A stretch of 64,000 nucleotides of DNA from Eledone cirrhosa (GCA_964016885.1 OZ024745.1:21142001-21206000), one strand, 5' to 3'; positions 29,148 to 41,016 are shown, counted from the stretch's first letter. Translations and numbers: made by a program. Notes: generated by a model not told the origin, from the letters alone.

Positions 29148-30761
29148 GATAGTATTGATTATTCGTAACATATGTTGTTTATTTGTGATAAACATAATAG
29201 TTGAAGTTCTTATGAGTCAATGTTTTTATATAGTGAATCCATCTAACGAAAGAACTAAATCTACTTCAAGTCACAAACTAAGATTTTGAACAATATATCA
29301 TTAATATCACTACAACTAGAGGGGGAAAGGACGCCACAGTTAGGGTTAGAATATCTTTAATAATAGGTTTGTTCAATCAAGGCCGACGTAGAGCTAGCTA
29401 ACCAATAACGATAGCATTGGTAATTATATAGGCCAAGGAGGGTTTAGAACAATCCGTGGACATTTCCCATTTTTACAATTAGTTGTTAAATGTTTTCAAT
29501 AGAAGAACGAAATTAATATTGCAAACAAAAATGCGTGAAACGTGAATTTGTGATATAAGAGTGTAAAAGAGAAATATAAGTTTTAATCTTATAGAACATT
29601 TCTGAACGTGTATTAATATAAGAAAAGTGAATAAAATATTTGAATTTCAGATTGATTTATAAAAAGGTACATATGTGTGGAAAAATGAATTATACAAAAA
29701 AAATAAATAATTGAATGATGGAAATATAAGACATGTTTCTGGCGTGTATGAAAACAAATTTAAGAAACATTTTAGAAAGACTTCAGAGTTAGAGGAAATA
29801 TGTGAAAAGTATGTGGGTACGAGAAATATATGAAAAGAGTATGAGATAAATTTGAGCAATATATATAAGCATGCTGGTATGGTAAACAAATTAAGAAGTG
29901 CGCTTCCCAATCAGGAAGTCAGGTTTGGTTTCATAGCTTGTCAACTCGGGCATGTCATAGACCCGAGTCACCTCAAGCTTTGAGTGAATTTGAGTAGACA
30001 GAAACATGAATAAGTGACTTTACCATAGCCTTGAATTTTCCCCAAGCAATGAAGGCAAATTTCAGTAGATAGGACATGTGTCGAAGCACGGTGGGTTGAT
30101 TGTAATTCAATGCCTTGTCACACATTAACATGCTAATTCATTTGGGAATTCCATTAAGGGTTAAGAACATATTAAATAATTTTACTCATACATGAGACAA
30201 CTTGGTAATTTGAAAGTTATATAAAATGACTTTTTTGTCTTAAAGCGTAAATCTTTTATATAGTTATGTATGTGGATGCCTTTGATTATAGGTCTGCTCG
30301 ATAAGAACTGACCTGAGGTTAAACAACAACAACGAATTTAATATGCAGACCAACAAAAAGCCGTTTATTTGATCATTCGATCTGCAAAAAATAGCTGCTG
30401 AATCTCCCTTCAGCCACACCAGATATTTTAAAAAGAAGTTAATGTTATTGTCTAAAGTGAGACACGAGTTTGTCATGGCTGAAATTCGCTTCATTATAGA
30501 TCTTTTCAATGAGCGATGACTTGGGTTTAAACAGAAACAAGATAATTTCTTGAGGACTCAAGGGATGCTAAAAATAAATCAATCTTGCCTTTCATCTCCC
30601 ATAAAATACCAGTGGTGTAGTCGGGTCATTTCATTAAACTCTATCTCTGTTCTACAAATATATAATCTTAATCACTTCCTACATACGTTGTATAACCAAA
30701 GTAAATTCTCAGGGACACTATCGAAACTCCTTTGTTTTATTTACGTCGTTAATTCTCAGGT

Positions 30762-30990
30762 GGAGGCGCATGGCCTAGTGGTAAGGGTGTTGTCTTACAA
30801 TCATAATGTCGTGGGTTCGTATTCATTTTACGTTTTAACAGTATACAGAGTACCAGAAATAGCTGATGTATTCACCCTGGGATGGATTGGCGTCCTGTCC
30901 AGGAGGAAATCTTGTAATCTCAGTCGTTTCACGCCATGGAAAAGTGGATAAGCACTGGCCATGTGAGTCCCCATGCTCAAGATAGAATTT
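30762..30990 (+). mobile_element. tRNA-derived SINE, Deu/Nin-domain-like
   Basis: tRNA head GGAGGCGCATGGCCTAGTGGTAAG..GGGTTCG, then CCCTGGGATGGATTGGCGTCCTGTCCAGGAGG..GGATAAGC. Confidence 0.6.
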
Positions 30991-31660
30991 AGATATTGAT
31001 TCTCTAGTTTTAAAGTTTTAAGTGAGGAACCTTTATAGTACTAGGGGTTAAATTCAAACGCCTATTAATCCGTATTCGTAGCGAAGCTTGAACCGCTTTT
31101 ACTCGTATAGTGGTTTCAAATCTGCTCTTGATAAATACATGAAAACTATAATCCTTTTGTCTCCTCCATTTTACGATAGGTCATCATTAAGATTAATCAC
31201 CTTATTGACAACCATTATTTTGCGTTTCTAAAAATACGATGGGCATGGCGAGACAGCCTTTGATCATAGTTCTGCTTAATCAAGGCTGATAATGAGTTAA
31301 ACAACAACAACAACAACAGCAGCAGCAGCAGTAGCAGCAGCAGTAGCAGCAATATCTACGGCTAATATCTAACAAAAAATGGAAGCTGTATAGAATTTCT
31401 TTTCTCTTCGTGCGTAATTTTACTTCATCATAATGGTTTCTAACCAAGAAATACGAGCAATGCATTTGGGGAAAATAATGTTATCGATTATATCAACTTT
31501 ATTACTTCTCTACTTATTGTTTCCACTAAGACGAAAACCTCTGATATGATTCTCCACCTTTATTCTCTCCTGAGCCAAGCTCTCTCTCTAGTTCCTCCCA
31601 GGTGTACACCATTTTGTTGCTATTCACCTGTAAGAATCTATGTCAGAAATCATTTGTAAA

Positions 31661-31676
31661 ATAGATAGATAGATAT

Positions 31677-31714
<38 letters not shown>
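31661..31714. repeat. (GATA)n tract flanking the Tx1 3' end
   Basis: Directly visible. Confidence 0.95.
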
Positions 31715-31716
<2 letters not shown>

Positions 31717-31946
31717 ATTTCTATTTATTTGCCACGAGGGCACAAAAGAAGGGGACAAATACACAGTGGGGGAGTTTACATAAATCGAGTAAAGAAAAAG
31801 GAATAACAATAATAATATAATAATAAAAAGTCCTCAAAAGGGAGGGGGCGTGTTCGGGATTGCACATACCCCCGAAAAGTGTGCAACCCTTTTCGCGGGG
31901 GAAGCCCAGAGAGGAGGCGCTCCCCCTTTCCTCTTCACTTCTTCAC

Positions 31947-33827
31947 CTATAGAACAATGTAGAGAGAAGGCCCATTTACACGAGCCATTCTCGCTTCTTT
32001 CACCCACCTTTCATAAAACTGTCTGGGGCCAAGCACTTCTCTCTCCATCCTGATCCTCCTTCCGAAGTGGTATCGGAAGAAGTAAACCAGGTGATGGCCG
32101 GAGAGAAAGTCACCCGACCTCAGACCTTTCAGGCGCGTCCACCACACAACCTCTTTCATCATGGCTATTACGCACAGAAAGACCGCCTCTGCTTCGTTTC
32201 TGAAGGGAGGCGGCGGCTTGATGTTCACCACAGACTCGGCGGTTAATCGAATCGGCGCCACACGCGACAGCAGTCGTTCGACGTAGCCCCACAGATCGGC
32301 AACGCCCGGGCAGTGTACCAGTGCATGCGCAACGGTTTCCTCGTCGCGCACGCATCTGGGACAGATCTTTTTCGCTGGATCCCTGCCCGGGCGCCCGTGT
32401 CTGTAGAGCTTTTCTCGAACGGGCAGAGCCCCCCGGTAACACTGCCAGGCTAGGGACCTCTGGAAGTTGTCCATGGGTCCCGGGCCGAAAGTTCTACCGA
32501 ACAGGCTGGCCAGTTCGTCCTCCTCCATGCCTAGCGATTCTCCAAGGGTGTCGTCGCCCCTGCTAGCCACCAGCCCTCTATAGAATGTCGAGGTGGATTC
32601 TCCACTGACAGTCGGGTCCGCTTGCCAGAGAGCCGTGAGCGCCTGGGCACACTCGGTGTGCCAGTTGCCCAGTTTTCTCGGTCTTTGCTTCACCCAGGAT
32701 TGCAGCTCGGTGAGCGAGACGAGCTGTGGGAAGGCTCGCCTCACAAACGGGGCCCACACCGGCTGACCGGTGAGGAATACCTGTAGATGCCGTAGCCTCA
32801 ATGCGTGCCTACGCATCAACAGCCACGGCATACCCAGCCCTCCTTTCGAAGGGTGCTGGCAGCAGATGGATCTCCTCACCATGGGAGGCCGCTTCTTCCA
32901 GAGGAACTGGAAGAGCATGCGTTCCATGATGGTGATCTTTTCCTTGGGGCAAGGCACGACGGTCAGGCGGTAGCAGATGACGGACGCTATGTAAGCGTTC
33001 GTCACCTCCGCCCGACCTTTCAGTGATAGTTTGCACTTGGCCCACTTCTGGGTCAGCGCAAACACCCTGCTCGTCACCTCGCCCCAATTCTTCTCCACCT
33101 GGAGGTCCGGTCCGAACCAGACCCCGAGCAGCTTCACCGGGCCCTCCGTCCACCGCCCGACGACATCGTCTAACGGCATCGGTTTGCCCCTCCACGTTCC
33201 GAGTTGCAAACCGACTGACTTGTCCCGGTTCAGCCTAGCCCCCGTCAGCCTTTCGTATTCCTCCAGTAGGGTGGCGATCGCCCCGATTTCCGAGGCGTCC
33301 GCCACCATTACTGTTACGTCGTCGGCATAGGCCGAGACCGCTTTGTGCAATCCCGGTTCCAGGGGTATGCCCCGCAGCAACTCCAACTTCCGCAGCAGTG
33401 GCTCGAGAGTCAATACGTACAGAAGGGAGGAGAGGGGGCACCCCTGTCTGATGGACCGGGTGATTTGAAACGGCTCCGAGAGGTAGCCGTTTACTTTAAT
33501 CCTAGAGTAGATGTTGCCACTGTGCATGGCAGAAATCCAGCCCCTGAAAACGAGTCCGAAGCCCGCCGCCGCTAGCACCGCATCCAGGTAACCATGGTCG
33601 ACCCTATCGAACGCCTTAGATTGATCCAAGTTGATCAGGGCCCCACCAAAGCCGGGTTCGTTGCCAACCCTCTCTATGATGTATCGCATGAGGTAGAGGT
33701 TGTCGTGAATGGACCTGGACGGGATGGCGCATGTCTGCGCGTCTCCCACCAAACCACCCACCACAAGCGCCAACCTCTTCGCCAACACCTTGGCCAAAAT
33801 CTGTAACTCTGCATTCAGCAGAGTTAT
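31947..33827 (-). CDS. Tx1 ORF2 C-terminal part: reverse transcriptase and zinc-finger region (continues 33824..35377 across a 1-bp frameshift)
   Basis: LDQSKAFDRVDH, SIRQGCPLSSLLY, AYADDV, KGGLG, CPRC..EETVAHALVHC. Confidence 0.9.
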   Translation of the reverse strand: MTLLNAELQILAKVLAKRLALVVGGLVGDAQTCAIPSRSIHDNLYLMRYIIERVGNEPGFGGALINLDQSKAFDRVDHGYLDAVLAAAGFGLVFRGWISAMHSGNIYSRIKVNGYLSEPFQITRSIRQGCPLSSLLYVLTLEPLLRKLELLRGIPLEPGLHKAVSAYADDVTVMVADASEIGAIATLLEEYERLTGARLNRDKSVGLQLGTWRGKPMPLDDVVGRWTEGPVKLLGVWFGPDLQVEKNWGEVTSRVFALTQKWAKCKLSLKGRAEVTNAYIASVICYRLTVVPCPKEKITIMERMLFQFLWKKRPPMVRRSICCQHPSKGGLGMPWLLMRRHALRLRHLQVFLTGQPVWAPFVRRAFPQLVSLTELQSWVKQRPRKLGNWHTECAQALTALWQADPTVSGESTSTFYRGLVASRGDDTLGESLGMEEDELASLFGRTFGPGPMDNFQRSLAWQCYRGALPVREKLYRHGRPGRDPAKKICPRCVRDEETVAHALVHCPGVADLWGYVERLLSRVAPIRLTAESVVNIKPPPPFRNEAEAVFLCVIAMMKEVVWWTRLKGLRSGDFLSGHHLVYFFRYHFGRRIRMEREVLGPRQFYERWVKEARMARVNGPSLYIVL

Positions 33828-35377
33828 GGGCTAAAGTTACTTAAGTCGTCCCCCTTGCTCTCGTCCTTCCTCACTAGCGTGACCACGCCCTTGGTCACAG
33901 AACAGGGAATTCTCCCGTTCTGTTGCCAGTTGCAATAGACAGCTTCGAGGAGTTCGGAGAACAAGACCGGCATAGCTAAATAAAGTTCGTATGGTAGACC
34001 ATCGAGACCCGGAGATTTGCGTCTGCTGCATTGGCTGAGCGCTTCCCCGATTTCAGTGGCTGTGATTGGCCTTTCGCAGCACTCCGCTTCGCCGCTCGAA
34101 AGACGCGGTAGACCGTCGAGGTATGAACCGAAGTCCACATCCCCGTCCGGCCCCCCGCCCCCTCCGAACAGTCGAGCAAAGTGCCTTTGAAAGGCCTCGC
34201 ACATCCGCTCAGGTTCAAGGATCACCCGTCCATCCTGGTCTCGTAAAGACCGAATGGTGGATTTAATCCCACTCTTGGCTTCTGTCACGCGGGCCCAGCT
34301 AACAGCTTTGGTCCCCTCGTTTCCTAAAGCACGTATTTTACTTCGGACAACGCAGCCTTCGTGCTTCGCGTCAAAGAACTGGCTCAACGCCGTTCTCGCC
34401 GCTAACAAACTGGCTACGTCTCCGCTCCTAATCGCCTCTTCTAGTTTATCCGTTAACTCCCTTTCCTTCCTATTTCTATTCGCCGCTAGTTCCTTACTGT
34501 AACCTATCGAACTTACTCTAATCTCTCTCTTTAGAGATACCCACCACCTACTGTTGACAATCGCTCCCGTCAACCGCATCTTAACTAAGCTACTAATCCG
34601 GTTCCTGTAATCTTTCTTTGCCGGCAAGGACAAGTTCATCTTCCAGTAACCGGGACCCTGTCTATGCGTTCTATCAAGGTTGACCACGCAGGTCACTAAT
34701 TTGTGATCTGAATAGCCAACCATGATCAATTCTGGACAACTAAATACGTCCCTATCCTTACTCCTAACCAAAAACCTATCTAGGTACGATCTAGATTGTC
34801 CACTGCGGTTTGCCCAGGTCCAGGTTGGCGCAGTTGGACAATCTAGTCGAAATCTATCGACCAGGTCGAATCGATCGAGTAACCCCTTGAGGCTGCTACA
34901 CCCCTCTCTATCGGGACATGCCCCTGCATAGTCCCAACGCGCATCTAGGATTCCATTCCAGTCCCCCACTAAAAGCAGGGAACGCGACGTTCCTGGAAAA
35001 GTCTCCAGACGCTGGAAGAAGTCGGCTCTTTCAGCCCCGAAGGGGGCATAAAGACCGACCAGTCTGAAAGCCCCGCCTTCACCGCCTCCGACGTCCAGCA
35101 CCAGTAATCGACCCCCCGGGTCCAAGTGAACAATCTGTACGTCGAGAGCCAGACGTTTATCCAGCAGTACGGCAACTCCCCCTCCCCCGCCTCCGGGTTG
35201 ACAGAGAGATGCGTGCATCTCAAAGTCATCGAAGGCGGGCGCCAGCTGTCTCACGCTGCTGATCCGACTCTCGCAAACAACCATCACATCTATACTTTGT
35301 GACCTGAGGTCATTTAGAAGCTTTGCTTGCTTCCAAGCTGAGCCCAGGCCACGCGCGTTCAAACAGCCAACTCTCAA
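33824..35377 (-). CDS. Tx1 ORF2 N-terminal part: apurinic-type endonuclease and start of RT
   Basis: CLNARGL, LYAP, GDWN, SYLDRF, SDH, GPGYWKMN, KSPGLDGLP; ends NFSP* where NFRPITLLN is expected. Confidence 0.9.
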   Translation of the reverse strand: MRVGCLNARGLGSAWKQAKLLNDLRSQSIDVMVVCESRISSVRQLAPAFDDFEMHASLCQPGGGGGGVAVLLDKRLALDVQIVHLDPGGRLLVLDVGGGEGGAFRLVGLYAPFGAERADFFQRLETFPGTSRSLLLVGDWNGILDARWDYAGACPDREGCSSLKGLLDRFDLVDRFRLDCPTAPTWTWANRSGQSRSYLDRFLVRSKDRDVFSCPELIMVGYSDHKLVTCVVNLDRTHRQGPGYWKMNLSLPAKKDYRNRISSLVKMRLTGAIVNSRWWVSLKREIRVSSIGYSKELAANRNRKERELTDKLEEAIRSGDVASLLAARTALSQFFDAKHEGCVVRSKIRALGNEGTKAVSWARVTEAKSGIKSTIRSLRDQDGRVILEPERMCEAFQRHFARLFGGGGGPDGDVDFGSYLDGLPRLSSGEAECCERPITATEIGEALSQCSRRKSPGLDGLPYELYLAMPVLFSELLEAVYCNWQQNGRIPCSVTKGVVTLVRKDESKGDDLSNFSP

Positions 35378-35382
35378 TTGAT

Positions 35383-37227
35383 CTATTTTGGTGTTGAAAG
35401 TGAAGAAAGAAAAGCACCTACCTCTCCGGGTTGTGTAATTTCCATGGCATCAGGTGTGTTGGGTGGAGGGATGTTTTGTGGTGGTGTGGGGGTACCCGTG
35501 TGTGGTGGGGTTGGGGTATTTGGAGTTGTGTCAGGGAGAGGGGCGGTTATGGGGAAATCTTTCAAGAGGACGCGATTTAACGGTTTTAAACAGGGGGGGG
35601 GCTCACGTCCTGTCTAAATTGTTCTTTTAAGGAACGATAAAGGTCCAGAGGGACCTTTATCATTTTTAAATGGGTGAAGTTCTCTGTTGAGATAAAGTTT
35701 GGCCCTTCGGTCTGCACCATAGGGTTATTGTTTATTAATTTAACCAGTTTTTTGTTTTCTTTATTTATATATGTGTATTGCAACGTCTTTTTTTGTGATG
35801 TTGTCAATGTTTCGGAGAGGGGAGGCGCAGATTTATTTTTGTTTGTTGAGGGTGGGGTGTTTTTGATTGGAGTTGGTGTTTGTGTGTGGGTTATTTGTGG
35901 TGTGCTGGGTGTGTGTTTTCTTTTTTTTCTTTTAACTTGTCTGAAGGCTTCTCCTCCTTCTTCTTCATAAGTTGGGGAAAACTCTTCAGCGCTAGGTGGG
36001 AGGGACGTGTTGTGTGGTTGTTTTTTTTTTCGGGAGGGGTAGATTTGTTACTGTTTTTTTTTATTATTTGTTTGGAATGGGTTTTGTGGTGGTGGTGGTA
36101 ATGTTTGTGTCGTGCTTGTGGTTGGTGATGGTGGTGGTGATGTTTGTGTTGTGGTTGGTGGTGGTGATTTTTGTGTCGTGCTTGTGTTTGGTGCTGGTGG
36201 TGGTGATGTTTGTGTTGTGTTTGTGGTTGGTGGTGTCTGTATTTTGTTTGCTGTGTGTGGTATTAGTGTATTTTTGGAGGTGGGTGGTGTTGGTGTACTG
36301 TTTGTGGTGGGTGTGGGCAATAGTCCTTTTTGGGGGATACGTTTCGGGCAGTTAGCCTTATCGTGTCCCTTTTCCATGCATAAATAGCATGCTGGTCTTC
36401 TCCCCTCTACAATTATATCTATTGGGGTAAGGTCATCCAGCCAGATGCGATCCGGGATTTGTGCTATTCTTTCGGGCCTCATTTGGACTAGTATGTCGAG
36501 GCCCATTCCCAGGAACGCATCTCCAGTTGCCTTCCCCATTGACAGCATTGTGTCTTCGCCCATGTCTATGAAGCTAGCAATAGCCCACCAGAAGTCCATT
36601 GTGGGCAGCATTGTTTTTACTTTTACTCTCTGTGTTCTTCTACCCATGTAGGAGGGATAGAAGCTGTATGTTGTCGATGAGAGTGGGCTTAGGGAAAGCT
36701 TCTCCGCCGTTTCCTTGTCTTTTGTTAAGACCGAAATGCCGCCATAGAGTCGGTCCTTTCGTATGAAGAGAATATTCTTCATATAGTCTTTTAGGACCAA
36801 CTCTATTTCCATTTGGCTGGACTGTGCTGGCTTTCTTGTTTGGTTCAGTATAGTTCTGAAGAGAACTGTGCTCTCTGTTCTGGCTTTCTTGAATTCTGGG
36901 GGGGGGGGGAGTTAATGGAAAACATTCCGTTCTGCCCCAAGACTATTTGTTTTTTCGCTTCGGCCAGTATTTCTCTGGCGGCAGTTAAGTCAATTGGTGT
37001 GTATGTTATGGATTGTTTTGTTTTCTGGGCGAAAGTTGCCCTGTTGTTATTTGTATTATTTTCTGTTTGTTTGTTTTCCGTTTGCTCATTTTCCTTAACA
37101 TTTGTTTTTTCATTTTCCTTGTTTGTTTCGTTGTCTAATTTTGTTGTAATTATTTTTTGTTCTTCAGACTTGGGGGGGGGGGCGTGGCAGAGCTAATGGC
37201 AGACATGTCTGCCATCTTTTCCGCCAT
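35383..37227 (-). CDS. Tx1 ORF1 (gag-like nucleic-acid-binding protein), broken into pieces at homopolymer runs
   Basis: CYLCMEKGHDKANC knuckle in 36048..36812; ATG at 37227; Pro/Thr-rich tail pieces 35586..35807 and 35383..35565. Confidence 0.7.
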
Positions 37228-37432
37228 GCTGCCAAGAAAGAAATTTTTCGGCAAAAAAATAGATATTTATTTTACCCCCTAAAAAGGGGGTAAATGCAAA
37301 AATGTTTCCCTAGATAACAGGGGTTAGTGTTCCAAATGTGTTGCACTGAAAAATGTATCCGGTACTTACTATAGTAAGGGTAAATCCCGATGGAATAGTG
37401 GAGCCGATGTGAAGCGTGTCTTACTCTATCAA

Positions 37433-37498
37433 GATAGATAGATAGATAGATAGAGAGATGATAGATAGATAGATAAATAGATGATAGATAGATAGATA
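37433..37498. repeat. (GATA)n spacer between the two Tx1 copies
   Basis: Directly visible. Confidence 0.95.
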
Positions 37499-39833
37499 TA
37501 TTTCTTTATTTACCATAAAGGCATAAAAAGAAGGGACAAATACAAAGGGGGAGTTTACATACAATCGAGTAAAAAGGGTATAAAATGAAAATAATCGAAA
37601 ACAATCTCAAAAGGGAGGGGACGTGATGGGGGTTGCACACACCCCCGAAAAAGTGTGCAATCCTTTGCCCGGGGAGCACATGGAGGAGGTGCTCCCCTCT
37701 CCTTCATTTCTTTACCTACAGGATGGTATACAGAGAAGGCCCATTTACACGAGCCATTCTCGCCACTATCACCCACCTTTCATAAAACTGCCTGTGGCCA
37801 AGCACCTCTCTCTCCATTCTTATCCTTCTTCCGAAGTGATATCGGAAGAAGTAGACAAGACTATGGCCAGAGAGGAAGTTGCCTGACCTCAGACCTTTCA
37901 ATCGTGTCCACCAAACAACCTCTTTCAACATGGCTATTACGCACAGAAAAACCGCCTTTGCTTCCTTTGTGAAGAGGGGAGGCGGTTTGATTGTCATCAC
38001 GGACTCGGCGGTCAATCGAATTGGCGCCACCCGCGACAGCAGTCGTTCGGCGTAGCCCCACAGATCAGCCACGCCCGGACATTGCACCAATGCGTGCGCA
38101 ACGGTTTCTTCGTGACGCATGCATCTAGGGCAAATCTTTTTCGAGCGATCCCTGCTCGGGCGCCCGTGTCTGTAGAGCCTCTCTCGAACGGGTAGAGCCC
38201 CCCGGTAGCACTGCCAGGCTAGTGACTTCTGGAAGTTGTCCATTGGTCCCGGGCCGAAAGTCCTACCGAACAGGCTGGCCAGTTCGTCCTCTTCCATGTC
38301 CAGCGACTCTCCAAGGGTGTCATCGCCCCTGCTAGCCACCAGCACTCTATAGAATCATGAGGTGGATTCTCCACCGATGGCCTGGCCCGCTTGCCAGAGA
38401 GCCCTGAGCGCCTGGGCACACTCAGTGTGCCAGTCTCCCAGTTTTCCGGATCTTTGCTTGACCCAGGACAGCAGCTCGGTGAGCGAGACGAGTCTCGGAA
38501 AGGCTCGTTTCACGAACAGAGCCCACACCGGTTGACCAGTGAGGAATACCTGTAGGTGCCGTAGTCTTAATGCGTGCCTACGCATTATCAACCACGGTAT
38601 CCCCAGCCCTCCTTTCGAAGGTTGTTGGCAGCAGATGGATCTTCTCACCATAGGAGGGCGCTTCTTCCAAAGAAATTGGAAGAGCATGCGTTCCATGGTG
38701 GTGAGTGTTTCCTTAGGGCAAGGCACGACAGTCAGGCGGTAGTAAGTGACGGACGCTATGTAAATGTTCGCCACCTCCGCCCGACCTTTTAGGGACAGCT
38801 TACACTTGGCCCACTTCTGGGTTAGTGCAAACACCTTGTTCGTAACCTCGTCCCAGTTCTTTTCCACCTTCTTTTACCCATATAAGATGGATAAAAGGTA
38901 AAATTTTTCGAACGAATCGGTGACAAAGCACATTTTTTTGCCGCCGATTCGTTCTTCATAATAATCGCTAGGCTTCCATACAGTCTGTCTTTTCTTATGA
39001 AAGTGGTTTCATTAAGTACTTCTGTAAGTACTGTTTTGATTTCTGTTTGAGTTGGCTGTTCAGGTTTTTTAGAAATGTTGTTGATGGTGCGGAAAACGAC
39101 CGTTCGACTTTCAATGTCTTTGGTGAGTTCTTGAGGCATTTTTACCGATAAAATACCATTCTCTCCTTCAGTTATGTATTGTTTGGCATCTGTAATTCTT
39201 TGTGCCACATCTGAAATATTTTCAGGTATATATGTCAAAGATTTCTTTGTTGTTTGTGCAAATGAAATATTATTGGTGTTGACTTTGTCGTCTGCTTTGC
39301 TTTCTGTTATGATGTTGTTTTCAAATGTTATTTTTGTGTTTGTCGTGTCTTTGTTTGTGGTATTAATATTGTCATGCAATTTTTCAAATTTTTTTTTTTC
39401 GTTGTTGGAATCAATGTCCAGATTTGTGTTTTCGTCATTTTTCTCCGCACATTCGTCTGTTTTTATTTTATTTTTTCTTTCCTTCTCTATGACGTTAGTT
39501 GGGAAGGAAGGGGGGGGGGGGCTAAAGCGTGCGAGCTTACAACTCTTACCGCTGTCCCCACCACCACTATTTTCGTTAGCTTCGTTTAACATTTCTGTCA
39601 GACGATTGAAATTTTTTTATGCCACAAAACTTTTAAAAACAGGTTTTTCACCCCTAGGAGGGGTAAAGATGAGCTGACCCACCGCCTGACAGTTCAGACG
39701 GGGGGGGGGGGTCAAGCTACACAATAGTATCAAAATTAAAATTGAACTTACAAAATTTCCGCAATAAATTTGAACAAAACTTCTGCGCGAAGTGAATTAC
39801 ATCTACGCTGTAGAACAGACGACAGCTAGATTG
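37499..39833 (-). mobile_element. Second Tx1-type copy, internally deleted: 5'UTR and ORF1 N-terminus joined to the ORF2 C-terminus and 3'UTR
   Basis: 37499-38869 aligns to 31715-33100. 38869-39592 encodes FIRKDRLYG..FYPSYMGKR, homologous to ORF1 of copy 1. Premature stop at 38355. Confidence 0.88.
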
Positions 39834-39838
39834 AGATA

Positions 39839-39904
<66 letters not shown>

Positions 39905-39931
39905 GGATGATAGATAGATAGATAGATGGAT

Positions 39932-39974
<43 letters not shown>

Positions 39975-39995
39975 GGATGATAGATAGATAGATGG
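39834..39995. repeat. (GATA)n tract flanking the 5' end of Tx1 copy 2
   Basis: Directly visible. Confidence 0.95.
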
Positions 39996-40107
39996 ATTAT
40001 ATATATATATATATATAATAGGATATGTGTTCCTTCACGCACAAGGCGCTAAAAAAGTCAATTTTTTAAAATTCACTTTGAAACTTTTTCATTATTTGCT
40101 AAACCTT

Positions 40108-40230
<123 letters not shown>

Positions 40231-40259
40231 TTTTCAGTTTCTTTTACACATTATTTAAT

Positions 40260-40632
40260 AGTGCTGGCGGTGTTGAGATTGTTGGTGTTAGTGGTGATTG
40301 GTGTGTTGGTATTATTAGTGTTAGATGTGTTGGTGCTGTTAGTGGTGTTGGTGGTAGTGGTTTTGAGGGTCTAGGTGTTAGTGATGTTAGTGATGCTAGT
40401 GGTGTTGGTGCTGTTAGTGGTGTTGGTGTTGTTAGTGGTGTTAGTGGTGTTGGTGTCGTTAGTGGTGTTAGTGGTGTTGGTGTCGTTAGTGGTGTTAGTG
40501 GTGTTGGTGTCGTTAGTGGTTGGTAGTGGTGTTGGTGTTCTTAGTGGTGTTAGTGGTGTTGGTGTCGTTAGTGGTTGGTACTGGTGTTGGTGTTGTTAGT
40601 GCTGTTCGTGTTAGTGATGTTAGTGGTGTTGA
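40260..40632. repeat. Degenerate 9-bp repeat (TTAGTGGTG/TTGGTG)
   Basis: Directly visible. Confidence 0.85.
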
Positions 40633-40967
40633 TATTTCTATTATTGTTGTTTGTAGTGATATTTATCTTCAGTTCAACCTAAAGACATTCAACCCATTAT
40701 CATCTGGTAGAACTGATTACCTTATCTAACGTATCCTTTTCAGTCAACCTACCAGAAATAGCAGCCAAAGTTACCTTAACACTAATTAATTCATTCTTTT
40801 ATTTTTTACTTCTCTAAACCAATTTTATTATCTTCATCTTCTTCTTTCTTTCTCTTCTATCATTTCTTGTTTCTTTTTCTTCGTTAAATACATTTAAGTA
40901 TGAGGTAATTTCAATATACCCCCCCATATATATATATATATATATATATAAGCACACAAGCATTTGC

Positions 40968-41016
<49 letters not shown>

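Larger units (their letters stand above)
31715..37432 (-). mobile_element. Near full-length Tx1-clade (L1 group) non-LTR retrotransposon inserted in (GATA)n
   Basis: 5'UTR, ORF1 with CCHC knuckle, ORF2 with APE + RT + Cys motif, 3'UTR ending AATAAATAGAAATT then (TATC)n; bounded by (GATA)n on both sides. Confidence 0.9.

Noticed and set aside
30762-30823. tRNA-like sequence
   Set aside because: No complete cloverleaf or acceptor stem; it continues into a SINE body, so it is a SINE head.
32110-35229. Short overlapping and antisense ORFs inside the Tx1 ORF2
   Set aside because: Shadow ORFs of a GC-rich coding region.
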